A stretch of 40,000 bases of DNA from Escherichia coli (GTDB lineage Bacteria > Pseudomonadota > Gammaproteobacteria > Enterobacterales > Enterobacteriaceae). Below the pieces are notes generated by a model. The model was not told the origin of the DNA, searched no databases, and was given only the letters and a program-made list of their open reading frames with translations. A program made the position numbers and the translations under genes. Where the stretch lies: the NCBI RefSeq assembly GCF_030012785.1, contig NZ_CP122938.1; one strand, 5' to 3'. Positions 29,014-40,000 of this stretch are shown piece after piece; positions within the stretch are counted from its first letter, which is position 1, and every line of letters starts with the position of its first letter.

Positions 29014-30195
29014 ATGAAAGACGTTGTGATTGTCGGGGCGTTACGGACACCTATCGGCTGCTTTCGTGGTGCGTTAGCGGGTCATTCCGCTGTGGAACTT
29101 GGTAGTCTGGTCGTGAAAGCGTTAATAGAACGTACCGGTGTTTCTGCATATGCGGTGGATGAAGTGATTCTTGGTCAGGTGTTGACTGCAGGGGCAGGAC
29201 AGAATCCGGCAAGGCAATCGGCTATTAAAGGTGGTCTTCCTAATAGCGTTTCTGCAATCACGATTAATGACGTTTGCGGTTCCGGGCTTAAAGCACTGCA
29301 TCTGGCTACTCAGGCGATACAGTGTGGCGAGGCTGATATTGTCATCGCCGGTGGTCAGGAAAACATGAGTCGCGCACCACATGTTCTGACTGATAGCCGC
29401 ACCGGTGCACAGCTTGGCAATAGCCAGTTGGTTGACAGTCTTGTGCACGATGGGTTGTGGGATGCCTTCAATGATTATCATATTGGTGTCACCGCCGAAA
29501 ATCTGGCTCGCGAATATGGCATCAGCCGTCAGTTGCAGGATGCTTACGCACTTAGCTCGCAACAAAAAGCGCGAGCGGCGATTGACGCCGGACGATTTAA
29601 AGATGAGATCGTCCCGGTAATGACCCAAAGTAACGGTCAGACGTTGGTTGTAGATACCGATGAACAGCCACGCACTGACGCCAGTGCAGAAGGCTTAGCC
29701 CGTTTAAATCCTTCATTTGATAGTCTCGGCTCTGTGACAGCGGGTAATGCATCATCCATAAACGATGGCGCAGCTGCAGTAATGATGATGAGCGAAGCCA
29801 AAGCACGAGCGTTGAATTTACCCGTGCTGGCCCGCATTCGCGCATTTGCCAGCGTTGGTGTAGATCCGGCATTGATGGGAATTGCGCCGGTGTATGCGAC
29901 CCGCCGTTGCCTGGAGCGTGTTGGCTGGCAGTTGGCTGATGTCGATCTTATCGAGGCTAATGAAGCGTTTGCTGCACAGGCGCTTTCGGTTGGCAAGATG
30001 CTTGAATGGGATGAGCGTCGGGTCAATGTCAATGGTGGCGCGATCGCACTCGGTCATCCAATAGGCGCTTCCGGTTGCCGAATCCTCGTTTCTCTGGTTC
30101 ATGAAATGGTGAAACGTAATGCCCGCAAAGGACTGGCTACGCTTTGTATCGGCGGGGGCCAGGGCGTGGCATTGACCATTGAACGTGACGAATAG
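29014..30195 (+). CDS. yqeF: Acetyl-CoA acetyltransferase-like thiolase
   Basis: 393 aa; NDVCGSGLKA, GGQENMS, NVNGGAIALGHPIGASG, CIGGG motifs. Confidence 0.95.
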   Translation: MKDVVIVGALRTPIGCFRGALAGHSAVELGSLVVKALIERTGVSAYAVDEVILGQVLTAGAGQNPARQSAIKGGLPNSVSAITINDVCGSGLKALHLATQAIQCGEADIVIAGGQENMSRAPHVLTDSRTGAQLGNSQLVDSLVHDGLWDAFNDYHIGVTAENLAREYGISRQLQDAYALSSQQKARAAIDAGRFKDEIVPVMTQSNGQTLVVDTDEQPRTDASAEGLARLNPSFDSLGSVTAGNASSINDGAAAVMMMSEAKARALNLPVLARIRAFASVGVDPALMGIAPVYATRRCLERVGWQLADVDLIEANEAFAAQALSVGKMLEWDERRVNVNGGAIALGHPIGASGCRILVSLVHEMVKRNARKGLATLCIGGGQGVALTIERDE

Positions 30196-30352
30196 CTCTG
30201 CATTTCCTCCTTACCGATAAATATCAGCCGTCATTAATCTGTTGAATAATGGTGGCTGGCGAGTCGACATACATTTTCAGGGCTCCCTGATTTTTCCATT
30301 CTCATGACATATTCGTGATCGACACTGCACTTTTTTCAGTCCTTAACTTAAA

Positions 30353-30372
30353 AATGAAACATTGTTTTATTT
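30353..30372. promoter_or_regulatory. Putative KdgR-type operator upstream of kduI
   Basis: AATGAAACATTGTTTTATTT resembles the KdgR box. Confidence 0.45.
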
Positions 30373-30482
30373 TTTAATTGAAAACCCTATCCCGTGGGCA
30401 TATCATCCCCTTATAGAGAAAACGAAATAGCGTTTCACTATCGTTTTCTATTTTCACGCTTCACTGATTATCGGAGGTTGAT

Positions 30483-31319
30483 GTGGACGTAAGACAGAGC
30501 ATCCACAGTGCGCATGCAAAAACGCTGGATACCCAGGGGCTGCGCAATGAATTTTTGGTTGAAAAGGTATTTATCGCCGATGAGTACACCATGGTTTACA
30601 GCCACATTGACCGTATTATTGTTGGCGGCATTATGCCGGTAACTAAAACGGTTTCCGTTGGCGGGGAAGTTGGTAAACAACTCGGCGTAAGCTATTTCCT
30701 GGAACGTCGCGAGTTAGGTGTTATCAATATTGGCGGTGCCGGTACGATTACCGTCGATGGTCAATGCTATGAAATCGGTCACCGCGAAGCCCTGTATGTT
30801 GGTAAAGGCGCAAAAGAAGTTGTCTTTGCCAGTATTGATACCGCTACTCCGGCGAAGTTTTATTACAATTGCGCACCTGCGCATACGACGTATCCCACCA
30901 AAAAAGTCACACCGGACGAAGTATCTCCAGTCACGTTAGGCGATAACCTCACCAGTAACCGTCGCACGATTAACAAATATTTTGTCCCGGATGTACTGGA
31001 AACCTGCCAATTGAGTATGGGGCTGACGGAGCTGGCTCCGGGTAACTTGTGGAACACCATGCCGTGTCACACCCACGAGCGCCGGATGGAAGTTTATTTC
31101 TATTTCAATATGGATGATGACGCCTGCGTTTTCCACATGATGGGGCAGCCGCAAGAAACGCGTCACATTGTGATGCATAACGAGCAGGCGGTGATCTCCC
31201 CGAGCTGGTCGATTCATTCCGGCGTCGGAACCAAAGCTTATACCTTTATCTGGGGCATGGTCGGTGAAAACCAGGTCTTTGATGATATGGACCATGTGGC
31301 CGTTAAAGATTTGCGCTAG
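30483..31319 (+). CDS. kduI: 5-keto-4-deoxyuronate isomerase
   Basis: 278 aa, KduI family. Confidence 0.97.
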   Translation: MDVRQSIHSAHAKTLDTQGLRNEFLVEKVFIADEYTMVYSHIDRIIVGGIMPVTKTVSVGGEVGKQLGVSYFLERRELGVINIGGAGTITVDGQCYEIGHREALYVGKGAKEVVFASIDTATPAKFYYNCAPAHTTYPTKKVTPDEVSPVTLGDNLTSNRRTINKYFVPDVLETCQLSMGLTELAPGNLWNTMPCHTHERRMEVYFYFNMDDDACVFHMMGQPQETRHIVMHNEQAVISPSWSIHSGVGTKAYTFIWGMVGENQVFDDMDHVAVKDLR

Positions 31320-31348
31320 TTGTGGGCATAAACGAATAAGGTGTTGTT

Positions 31349-32110
31349 ATGATTTTAAGTGCATTTTCTCTCGAAGGTAAAGTTGCGGTCGTCACTGGTT
31401 GTGATACTGGGCTGGGCCAGGGGATGGCGTTGGGGCTGGCGCAAGCGGGGTGTGACATTGTTGGCATTAACATCGTTGAACCGACTGAAACCATCAAGCA
31501 GGTCACGGCGCTGGGGCGTCGTTTTTTAAGCCTGACCGCCGATCTGCGAAAGATTGATGGCATTCCAGCACTGCTGGATCGCGCGGTAGCTGAGTTTGGT
31601 CATATTGATATCCTGGTGAATAACGCCGGATTGATTCGCCGCGAAGACGCTCTCGAATTCAGCGAAAAAGACTGGGACGATGTCATGAACCTGAATATCA
31701 AGAGCGTATTCTTCATGTCTCAGGCAGCGGCGAAACACTTTATCGCGCAAGGCAATGGCGGCAAGATTATCAATATCGCGTCAATGCTCTCCTTCCAGGG
31801 CGGGATCCGTGTGCCTTCTTATACCGCATCAAAAAGCGGCGTGATGGGCGTGACGCGATTGATGGCGAATGAATGGGCTAAACACAACATTAATGTTAAT
31901 GCGATAGCTCCGGGTTACATGGCAACCAACAATACTCAACAACTACGGGCAGATGAACAACGTAGCGCGGAAATTCTCGACCGCATTCCAGCTGGCCGTT
32001 GGGGACTGCCGAGTGACCTGATGGGGCCGGTAGTGTTCCTTGCCTCCAGCGCTTCAGATTATGTGAATGGTTATACCATTGCCGTGGATGGCGGTTGGCT
32101 GGCTCGTTAA
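31349..32110 (+). CDS. kduD: 2-deoxy-D-gluconate 3-dehydrogenase (SDR)
   Basis: 253 aa; TGCDTGLGQG, NNAG, YTASKSG. Confidence 0.97.
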   Translation: MILSAFSLEGKVAVVTGCDTGLGQGMALGLAQAGCDIVGINIVEPTETIKQVTALGRRFLSLTADLRKIDGIPALLDRAVAEFGHIDILVNNAGLIRREDALEFSEKDWDDVMNLNIKSVFFMSQAAAKHFIAQGNGGKIINIASMLSFQGGIRVPSYTASKSGVMGVTRLMANEWAKHNINVNAIAPGYMATNNTQQLRADEQRSAEILDRIPAGRWGLPSDLMGPVVFLASSASDYVNGYTIAVDGGWLAR

Positions 32111-32132
32111 TTCATTTCTCTTACTTTTATGA

Positions 32133-32156
32133 CCCTGCCGCATGGCAGGGTTTTTT
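32133..32156 (+). terminator. Rho-independent terminator after kduD
   Basis: CCCTGCC-GCAT-GGCAGGG-TTTTTT. Confidence 0.93.
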
Positions 32157-32424
32157 ATACCTGTAGATCATCATAATCCATATCATGGTTATGAAATAAT
32201 CCATATCAATTATCAATTAATGAACTTTATGAATTTTATCTGCTTTAAAATTAGGTGGTTAATAATAATCTCAATTATTCAACTTAATTTGAAAATTGGA
32301 ATATCCATCACATAACGACATGTCGTAGCAATTTAATCCATATTTATGCTATTTCCGACCTGACACCTGTGTGAATTGTTCACGTATTTTTTCACTATGT
32401 CTTACTCTCTGCTGGCAGGAAAAA

Positions 32425-33843
32425 ATGGTTACTATCAATACGGAATCTGCTTTAACGCCACGTTCTTTGCGGGATACGCGGCGTATGAATATGTTTGTTT
32501 CGGTAGCTGCTGCGGTCGCAGGATTGTTATTTGGTCTTGATATCGGCGTAATCGCCGGAGCGTTGCCGTTCATTACCGATCACTTTGTACTGACCAGTCG
32601 TTTGCAGGAATGGGTGGTCAGTAGCATGATGCTCGGCGCAGCAATTGGTGCGCTGTTTAATGGTTGGCTGTCGTTCCGCCTGGGGCGTAAATACAGCCTG
32701 ATGGCGGGGGCCATCCTGTTTGTTCTCGGCTCGATAGGGTCCGCTTTTGCGACCAGCGTAGAGATGTTAATCGCAGCTCGTGTGGTGCTGGGCATTGCTG
32801 TCGGGATCGCGTCTTACACCGCTCCTCTGTATCTTTCTGAAATGGCAAGTGAAAACGTTCGCGGTAAGATGATCAGCATGTACCAGTTGATGGTCACTCT
32901 CGGCATCGTGCTGGCGTTTTTATCCGATACAGCGTTCAGTTATAGCGGTAACTGGCGCGCAATGTTGGGGGTTCTTGCCTTACCGGCAGTCCTGCTGATT
33001 ATTCTGGTGGTCTTCCTGCCAAATAGCCCGCGCTGGCTGGCGGAAAAGGGGCGTCATATTGAGGCGGAAGAAGTGTTGCGTATGCTGCGTGATACGTCGG
33101 AAAAAGCGCGAGAAGAACTCAACGAAATTCGTGAAAGCCTGAAGTTAAAACAGGGCGGTTGGGCACTGTTTAAGATCAACCGTAACGTGCGTCGTGCTGT
33201 GTTTCTCGGTATGTTGTTGCAGGCGATGCAGCAGTTTACCGGTATGAACATCATCATGTACTACGCGCCGCGTATCTTCAAAATGGCGGGCTTTACGACC
33301 ACAGAACAACAGATGATTGCGACTCTGGTCGTGGGGCTTACCTTTATGTTCGCCACCTTCATTGCGGTCTTTACGGTAGATAAAGCAGGGCGTAAACCGG
33401 CTCTGAAAATTGGTTTCAGCGTGATGGCGTTAGGCACTCTGGTGCTGGGCTATTGCCTGATGCAGTTTGATAACGGTACGGCTTCCAGTGGCTTGTCCTG
33501 GCTCTCTGTTGGTATGACGATGATGTGTATTGCCGGTTATGCGATGAGCGCCGCGCCAGTGGTGTGGATCCTGTGCTCTGAGATTCAGCCGCTGAAATGC
33601 CGCGATTTTGGCATCACCTGTTCGACGACGACAAACTGGGTGTCGAATATGATTATCGGCGCGACCTTCCTGACACTGCTTGATAGCATTGGCGCTGCCG
33701 GTACGTTCTGGCTCTACACTGCGCTGAACATTGCGTTTGTGGGCATTACTTTCTGGCTCATTCCGGAAACCAAAAATGTCACGCTGGAACATATCGAACG
33801 CAAACTGATGGCAGGCGAGAAGTTGAGAAATATCGGCGTCTGA
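32425..33843 (+). CDS. araE: Arabinose-proton symporter
   Basis: 472 aa from ATG 32425; MFS sugar-porter motifs ([16 protein letters not shown]-type, PETK). Confidence 0.97.
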   Translation: MVTINTESALTPRSLRDTRRMNMFVSVAAAVAGLLFGLDIGVIAGALPFITDHFVLTSRLQEWVVSSMMLGAAIGALFNGWLSFRLGRKYSLMAGAILFVLGSIGSAFATSVEMLIAARVVLGIAVGIASYTAPLYLSEMASENVRGKMISMYQLMVTLGIVLAFLSDTAFSYSGNWRAMLGVLALPAVLLIILVVFLPNSPRWLAEKGRHIEAEEVLRMLRDTSEKAREELNEIRESLKLKQGGWALFKINRNVRRAVFLGMLLQAMQQFTGMNIIMYYAPRIFKMAGFTTTEQQMIATLVVGLTFMFATFIAVFTVDKAGRKPALKIGFSVMALGTLVLGYCLMQFDNGTASSGLSWLSVGMTMMCIAGYAMSAAPVVWILCSEIQPLKCRDFGITCSTTTNWVSNMIIGATFLTLLDSIGAAGTFWLYTALNIAFVGITFWLIPETKNVTLEHIERKLMAGEKLRNIGV

Positions 33844-33849
33844 TTTCAC

Positions 33850-33882
33850 GGGCCGGATGTGCTGTACATCCAGCCCTTTTTT
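33850..33882 (+). terminator. Rho-independent terminator after araE
   Basis: GGGCcGGATGT-GCTGT-ACATCCaGCCC-TTTTTT. Confidence 0.9.
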
Positions 33883-33971
33883 CGTTAATAGAGATTGGGC
33901 ACCTGGCCGTTGAGGCGTTTGTCTCGTTCCTTATTCAGCCTTGTTGCGGTAACACACATCAGGAGAGAGGA

Positions 33972-34664
33972 ATGAAAACAATTGGTTTGCTGGGAGGAAT
34001 GAGCTGGGAATCCACCATTCCTTACTATCGTTTGATAAATGAAGGCATTAAACAGCGGCTTGGTGGGCTTCACTCTGCGCAAGTGCTGCTACATAGCGTC
34101 GATTTTCATGAAATAGAAGAGTGCCAGCGTCGCGGTGAGTGGGACAAAACCGGGAATATTCTGGCTGAGGCGGCGCTTGGCTTACAGCGGGCGGGCGCAG
34201 AAGGTATTGTGTTATGTACCAATACGATGCACAAAGTGGCGGATGCCATTGAGTCTCGTTGCTCTCTGCCTTTCTTACACATTGCGGATGCCACTGGACG
34301 TGCAATTATCCGGGCTGGAATGACTCGTGTGGCGCTGCTGGGTACGCGTTACACCATGGAACAGGATTTTTATCGCGGGCGGCTGACGGAACAATTTTCC
34401 ATCAACTGTCTCATTCCTGAAGCGGATGAACGGGCGAAAATTAATCAGATTATTTTTGAAGAACTGTGTCTGGGGCAATTTACCGAAGCGTCACGCACTT
34501 ATTATGCGCAAGTGATTGCTCGCCTTGCAGAACAGGGCGCACAGGGCGTTATTTTTGGCTGCACAGAAATTGGTTTACTGGTGCCAGAAGAGCGCAGTGT
34601 TCTGCCTGTGTTTGATACCGCGGCGATCCATGCCGAGGATGCTGTCGCTTTTATGCTGTCGTAG
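33972..34664 (+). CDS. ygeA: Aspartate/glutamate racemase-family protein
   Basis: 230 aa; [24 protein letters not shown]. Confidence 0.95.
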   Translation: MKTIGLLGGMSWESTIPYYRLINEGIKQRLGGLHSAQVLLHSVDFHEIEECQRRGEWDKTGNILAEAALGLQRAGAEGIVLCTNTMHKVADAIESRCSLPFLHIADATGRAIIRAGMTRVALLGTRYTMEQDFYRGRLTEQFSINCLIPEADERAKINQIIFEELCLGQFTEASRTYYAQVIARLAEQGAQGVIFGCTEIGLLVPEERSVLPVFDTAAIHAEDAVAFMLS

Positions 34665-35586
34665 CTGACGACAAAATAGCGTCAAGAGAAGTGACCAGTT
34701 TCGGTAATCCCGCTTGTAAGTGCTCACTAAACGCCTGCACCAGCGCTGATGACGGGCGGTGCAGGGGGCGGATCAGGCTGACGGTGAACGGAACCGCAAT
34801 ACTGAACCGCCGCACCACTAAACCGCTTGCCGCATAATCCAGTGCGGTGAGCGGGTTAACCACCGAAACACCTACCCCCGCCCGTACCATTGCGCAGACT
34901 GACGCGGCGCTGTGGGTTTCTACGATCATGCGTCGTTTAACCTGATGTTCAGTAAACAATTGATCCAGCAACTGGCGATAGCTGTCAGTACGGGAAAGGC
35001 TGATGTAGTTCTCACTGTGAAAATCTTCTGGCGTTAATATCTCTTTTGCCGCCAGCGGATGACCCGGAGGTAACACACACACTTCATCTAAAGAGAGTAA
35101 TTCGGTACGTTCTGTTCCCGCAGGCGTATGGAGTGTCTCAGTGAGTCCTAAATCATGACGCTGGGCCGAGAGCCACTCTTCAAGTAGCGGTGATTCCTGG
35201 GGCACGATATTTAAGCTGACATCGGGATAACGTGCCAGAAAGGGTTGCAGGAGCTGCGGTAAAAAAGATTGCGAAAAGACCGGCAGGCAGGCAATAGACA
35301 GTTCTCCCTGGCGAAACTCGCGCAGACTTTCTGCGGCGCTGACAATGCGATCCAGTCCGTACCAGGATCGTTGCACTTCTTCAAACAGACGCAGTCCTTG
35401 CACGGTAGGATGCAATCGTCCACGTACGCGCTCAAACAATTTCAGCCCGATCACCTTCTCAAAGCGCGCCAGTTCGCGGCTGACAGTTGGCTGTGAGGTG
35501 TGTAGCAGGTGTGCCGCCTCAGTCAGGCTTCCGGCGGTCATTACCGCATGAAAAATTTCAATATGACGTAAGTTAACGGCGGCCAT
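34651..35586 (-). CDS. lysR: LysR transcriptional activator of lysA
   Basis: 311 aa, LTTR HTH, divergent from lysA. Confidence 0.96.
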   Translation of the reverse strand: MAAVNLRHIEIFHAVMTAGSLTEAAHLLHTSQPTVSRELARFEKVIGLKLFERVRGRLHPTVQGLRLFEEVQRSWYGLDRIVSAAESLREFRQGELSIACLPVFSQSFLPQLLQPFLARYPDVSLNIVPQESPLLEEWLSAQRHDLGLTETLHTPAGTERTELLSLDEVCVLPPGHPLAAKEILTPEDFHSENYISLSRTDSYRQLLDQLFTEHQVKRRMIVETHSAASVCAMVRAGVGVSVVNPLTALDYAASGLVVRRFSIAVPFTVSLIRPLHRPSSALVQAFSEHLQAGLPKLVTSLDAILSSATTA

Positions 35587-35707
35587 TAGCGCTCTCTCGC
35601 AATCCGGTAATCCATATCATTTTTGCATAGACTCAACATAAATCGATATTTTTTATTCTTTTTATGATGTGGCGTAATCATAAAAAAGCACTTATCTGGA
35701 GTTTGTT

Positions 35708-36970
35708 ATGCCACATTCACTGTTCAGCACTGATACCGATCTCACCGCCGAAAATCTGCTGCGTTTGCCCGCAGAATTTGGCTGCCCGGTGTGGGTCTAC
35801 GATGCGCAAATTATTCGTCGGCAGATTGCAGCGCTGAAACAGTTTGATGTGGTGCGTTTCGCACAGAAAGCCTGTTCCAATATTCATATTTTGCGCTTAA
35901 TGCGTGAGCAGGGCGTGAAAGTGGATTCCGTCTCGTTAGGCGAAATAGAGCGTGCGTTGGCGGCGGGTTACAATCCGCAAACGCACCCCGATGATATTGT
36001 TTTTACGGCAGATGTTATCGATCAGGCGACGCTTGAACGCGTCAGTGAATTGCAAATTCCGGTGAATGCGGGTTCTGTTGATATGCTCGACCAACTGGGT
36101 CAGGTTTCGCCAGGGCATCGGGTATGGCTGCGTGTTAATCCGGGGTTTGGTCACGGGCATAGCCAAAAAACCAATACTGGTGGCGAAAACAGCAAGCACG
36201 GTATCTGGTACACCGATCTGCCCGCCGCACTGGACGTGATACAACGTCATCATCTACAGCTGGTCGGCATTCACATGCACATTGGTTCTGGCGTTGATTA
36301 TGCCCATCTGGAACAGGTATGTGGTGCTATGGTGCGTCAGGTCCTCGAATTCGGTCAGGATTTACAGGCTATTTCTGCGGGCGGTGGGCTTTCTATTCCT
36401 TATCAACAGGGTGAAGAGGCGGTTGATACCGAACATTATTATGGTCTGTGGAATGCCGCGCGTGAGCAAATCGCCCGCCATTTGGGCCACCCTGTGAAAC
36501 TGGAAATTGAACCGGGTCGCTTCCTGGTAGCGCAGTCTGGCGTGTTAATTACTCAGGTGCGGAGCGTCAAACAAATGGGTAGCCGCCACTTTGTGCTGGT
36601 TGATGCCGGGTTCAACGATCTGATGCGTCCGGCAATGTACGGTAGTTACCACCATATCAGTGCCCTGGCAGCTGATGGTCGTTCACTGGAACACGCACCA
36701 ACGGTGGAAACCGTCGTCGCCGGGCCGTTATGTGAATCGGGCGATGTCTTTACCCAGCAGGAAGGGGGAAATGTTGAAACCCGCGCCTTGCCGGAAGTGA
36801 AGGCAGGGGATTATCTGGTACTGCATGATACGGGGGCATATGGCGCGTCAATGTCATCCAACTACAATAGCCGTCCGCTGTTACCAGAAGTTCTGTTTGA
36901 TAATGGTCAGGCGCGGTTAATTCGCCGTCGCCAGACCATCGAAGAATTACTGGCGCTGGAATTGCTTTAA
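35708..36970 (+). CDS. lysA: Diaminopimelate decarboxylase
   Basis: 420 aa; PLP decarboxylase motifs (VRFAQKACSN, GGGLSIPY). Confidence 0.97.
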   Translation: MPHSLFSTDTDLTAENLLRLPAEFGCPVWVYDAQIIRRQIAALKQFDVVRFAQKACSNIHILRLMREQGVKVDSVSLGEIERALAAGYNPQTHPDDIVFTADVIDQATLERVSELQIPVNAGSVDMLDQLGQVSPGHRVWLRVNPGFGHGHSQKTNTGGENSKHGIWYTDLPAALDVIQRHHLQLVGIHMHIGSGVDYAHLEQVCGAMVRQVLEFGQDLQAISAGGGLSIPYQQGEEAVDTEHYYGLWNAAREQIARHLGHPVKLEIEPGRFLVAQSGVLITQVRSVKQMGSRHFVLVDAGFNDLMRPAMYGSYHHISALAADGRSLEHAPTVETVVAGPLCESGDVFTQQEGGNVETRALPEVKAGDYLVLHDTGAYGASMSSNYNSRPLLPEVLFDNGQARLIRRRQTIEELLALELL

Positions 36971-36976
36971 CTGCGG

Positions 36977-38008
36977 TTAGTCGCTGGTTGCATGATGACT
37001 TGCCTCCAGCGACGGAGTTGACACTGAATGGCGACGTACCAGCGTCGGACTAAAGACATTAGTAATTTCCGGGAGAGGGCGATTATCCGCCAGCGCCAAA
37101 GCCAGTTCGGCAGCCTGGGTCGCCATCGTCACGATTGGGTAACGCACGGTGGTCAGGCGCGGGCGCACATAGCGTGACACCAGCACATCATCAAAGCCAA
37201 TTAACGAAATTTCGCCCGGTACATCAATACCATTATCATTGAGAACGCCCATCGCACCCGCCGCCATTGAATCGTTATAACAGGCTACCGCAGTGAAATT
37301 TCTTCCTCGTCCCAAAAGCTCGGTCATTGCCTGTTCGCCGCCGCTTTCGTCTGGTTCGCCAAATGTCACCAGCCGGTCATTGGCCGCAATACCACTTTCA
37401 GCAAGGGCATCGTAATACCCTTGTAGACGATCTTCGGCGTCAGAAATAGAGTGGTTAGAGCACAGATAACCAATGCGGGTATGACCTTGCTGAATTAAAT
37501 GACGCGTAGCCAGCCAGGCACCGTAACGATCGTCCAGAGCAATACAACGGTTTTCGAAGCCAGGCAGGATACGGTTGATCAGCACCATACCGGGCATTTG
37601 CTTCATTAATGAGGCTAAATCGGCATCCGGGATCATTTTGGCATGGACGACCAACGCAGCACAGCGATGGCGGATCAGTTGCTCAATGGCCTGACGCTCT
37701 TTTTGTTCGTTGTGGTAACCGTTGCCAATCAATAAAAAATTACCGGTGTGATAAGCCACCTGTTCGACCGCTTTCACCATTGCACCGAAAAACGGATCGG
37801 AAACATCACCAACGACCAGACCGACCGTTTCAGTGGTCTGCTGCGCCAGCGCACGGGCGTTGGCGTTCGGGTGATAGCTAAGAGACTCCATTGCACTATG
37901 CACAGCCAGTCGGGAAGCTTCGCTGGCTTTGGGTGAATTATTAATGACGCGGGAAACGGTGGCGACTGAAACGCCTGCCAGTCGGGCTACATCCTTTATG
38001 GTCGCCAT
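36977..38008 (-). CDS. galR: Galactose operon repressor
   Basis: 343 aa LacI-family, MATIKDVARLAGVSVATVSRVINNSPKAS. Confidence 0.97.
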   Translation of the reverse strand: MATIKDVARLAGVSVATVSRVINNSPKASEASRLAVHSAMESLSYHPNANARALAQQTTETVGLVVGDVSDPFFGAMVKAVEQVAYHTGNFLLIGNGYHNEQKERQAIEQLIRHRCAALVVHAKMIPDADLASLMKQMPGMVLINRILPGFENRCIALDDRYGAWLATRHLIQQGHTRIGYLCSNHSISDAEDRLQGYYDALAESGIAANDRLVTFGEPDESGGEQAMTELLGRGRNFTAVACYNDSMAAGAMGVLNDNGIDVPGEISLIGFDDVLVSRYVRPRLTTVRYPIVTMATQAAELALALADNRPLPEITNVFSPTLVRRHSVSTPSLEASHHATSD

Positions 38009-38221
38009 GAAAATACCTTAGTGGGTAAACGCTTACATTCTTTCAGTGTTACGGAAAACGCCCGTTGGTTCAAGGGGTGGCGTGTTTTCATCGTGGGAAT
38101 GTGAGCCAAACGCAAATAAGTAAGACAAAAAAAGAGATTGCAAACCTTTGGTTACACTTTGCGAAACGCTGTTGCGATTGACCGCTGGTGGCGTTTGGCT
38201 TCAGGTTGCTAAAGTGGTGAT

Positions 38222-38303
38222 CCCAGAGGTATTGATAGGTGAAGTCAACTTCGGGTTGAGCACATGAATTACACCAGCCTGCGCAGATGCGCAGGTTTTT
38301 TTT
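38222..38303 (+). ncRNA. omrB: OmrB small RNA
   Basis: CCCAGAGGTATTGATAGGTGAAGTC...CCTGCGCAGATGCGCAGGTTTTTTTT; conserved 5' seed and terminator. Confidence 0.93.
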
Positions 38304-38418
38304 TGCCGGTCATCAATCTGTAACAGTAACCGACAATTTACACACCTCGTTGCATTTCCCTTCATTCCTTTGCGTTTTCTCGCTGGCGAAGAGTCGTCGT
38401 GCAGACCACAATCAAGAT

Positions 38419-38506
38419 CCCAGAGGTATTGATTGGTGAGATTATTCGGTACGCTCTTCGTACCCTGTCTCTTGCACCAACCTGCGCGGATGCGCAGGTT
38501 TTTTTT
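38419..38506 (+). ncRNA. omrA: OmrA small RNA
   Basis: CCCAGAGGTATTGATTGGTGAGATTATTCGG...CCTGCGCGGATGCGCAGGTTTTTTTT, 88 nt. Confidence 0.94.
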
Positions 38507-38572
38507 CGCACCTAATTTACTGTCGCTCGCGTTCTTTATCTCGTGTAATCTCCCTCCATTCGCTTTTACTGA

Positions 38573-40000
<1,428 letters not shown>

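Noticed and set aside
33430-33849. 139-aa minus-strand ORF within araE, and similar antisense ORFs (e.g. 3756-4055, 2922-3383, 35936-36253)
   Set aside because: All lie opposite confidently identified genes and have translations without family features.

Overview
The window is an E. coli-type chromosomal segment. Order: hyuA(partial)-ygeY-ygeX-ygeW / ygeV / xdhC-xdhB-xdhA / ygeR / tRNA-Gly(CCC), then a visibly AT-rich accessory block (about 12.2-19.0 kb), an IS2 copy (18992-20322), the regulatory/remnant end of the ETT2 locus (ygeI, ygeH, ygeG, ygeF, small peptide, yqeK, yqeJ, yqeI, yqeH), and yqeG, yqeF, kduI, kduD, araE, ygeA, lysR, lysA, galR, omrB, omrA, aas(partial). The part that core-genome knowledge does not explain is the 6.8 kb between glyU and IS2. 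It holds a YecR-like lipoprotein, a serine recombinase with an upstream inverted repeat, five palindromes spaced close to multiples of one helical turn, about 1 kb of hairpin- and repeat-rich DNA without long ORFs, and a cluster of tiny same-strand ORFs including a winged-HTH-like protein that appears frameshifted. I interpret it as a degraded plasmid- or integrative-element-like replicon, but this is not proven. Other notable points: ygeR is frameshifted at a C-tract, xdhA has a Gly-to-Val change in its cofactor-loop motif, IS2 lacks target-site duplications and abuts a truncated ORF, a sigma54-like promoter precedes ygeW, and some small ORFs are missing from the supplied track. Gene symbols rest on recognising protein sequence and gene order from memory; no database search was possible.
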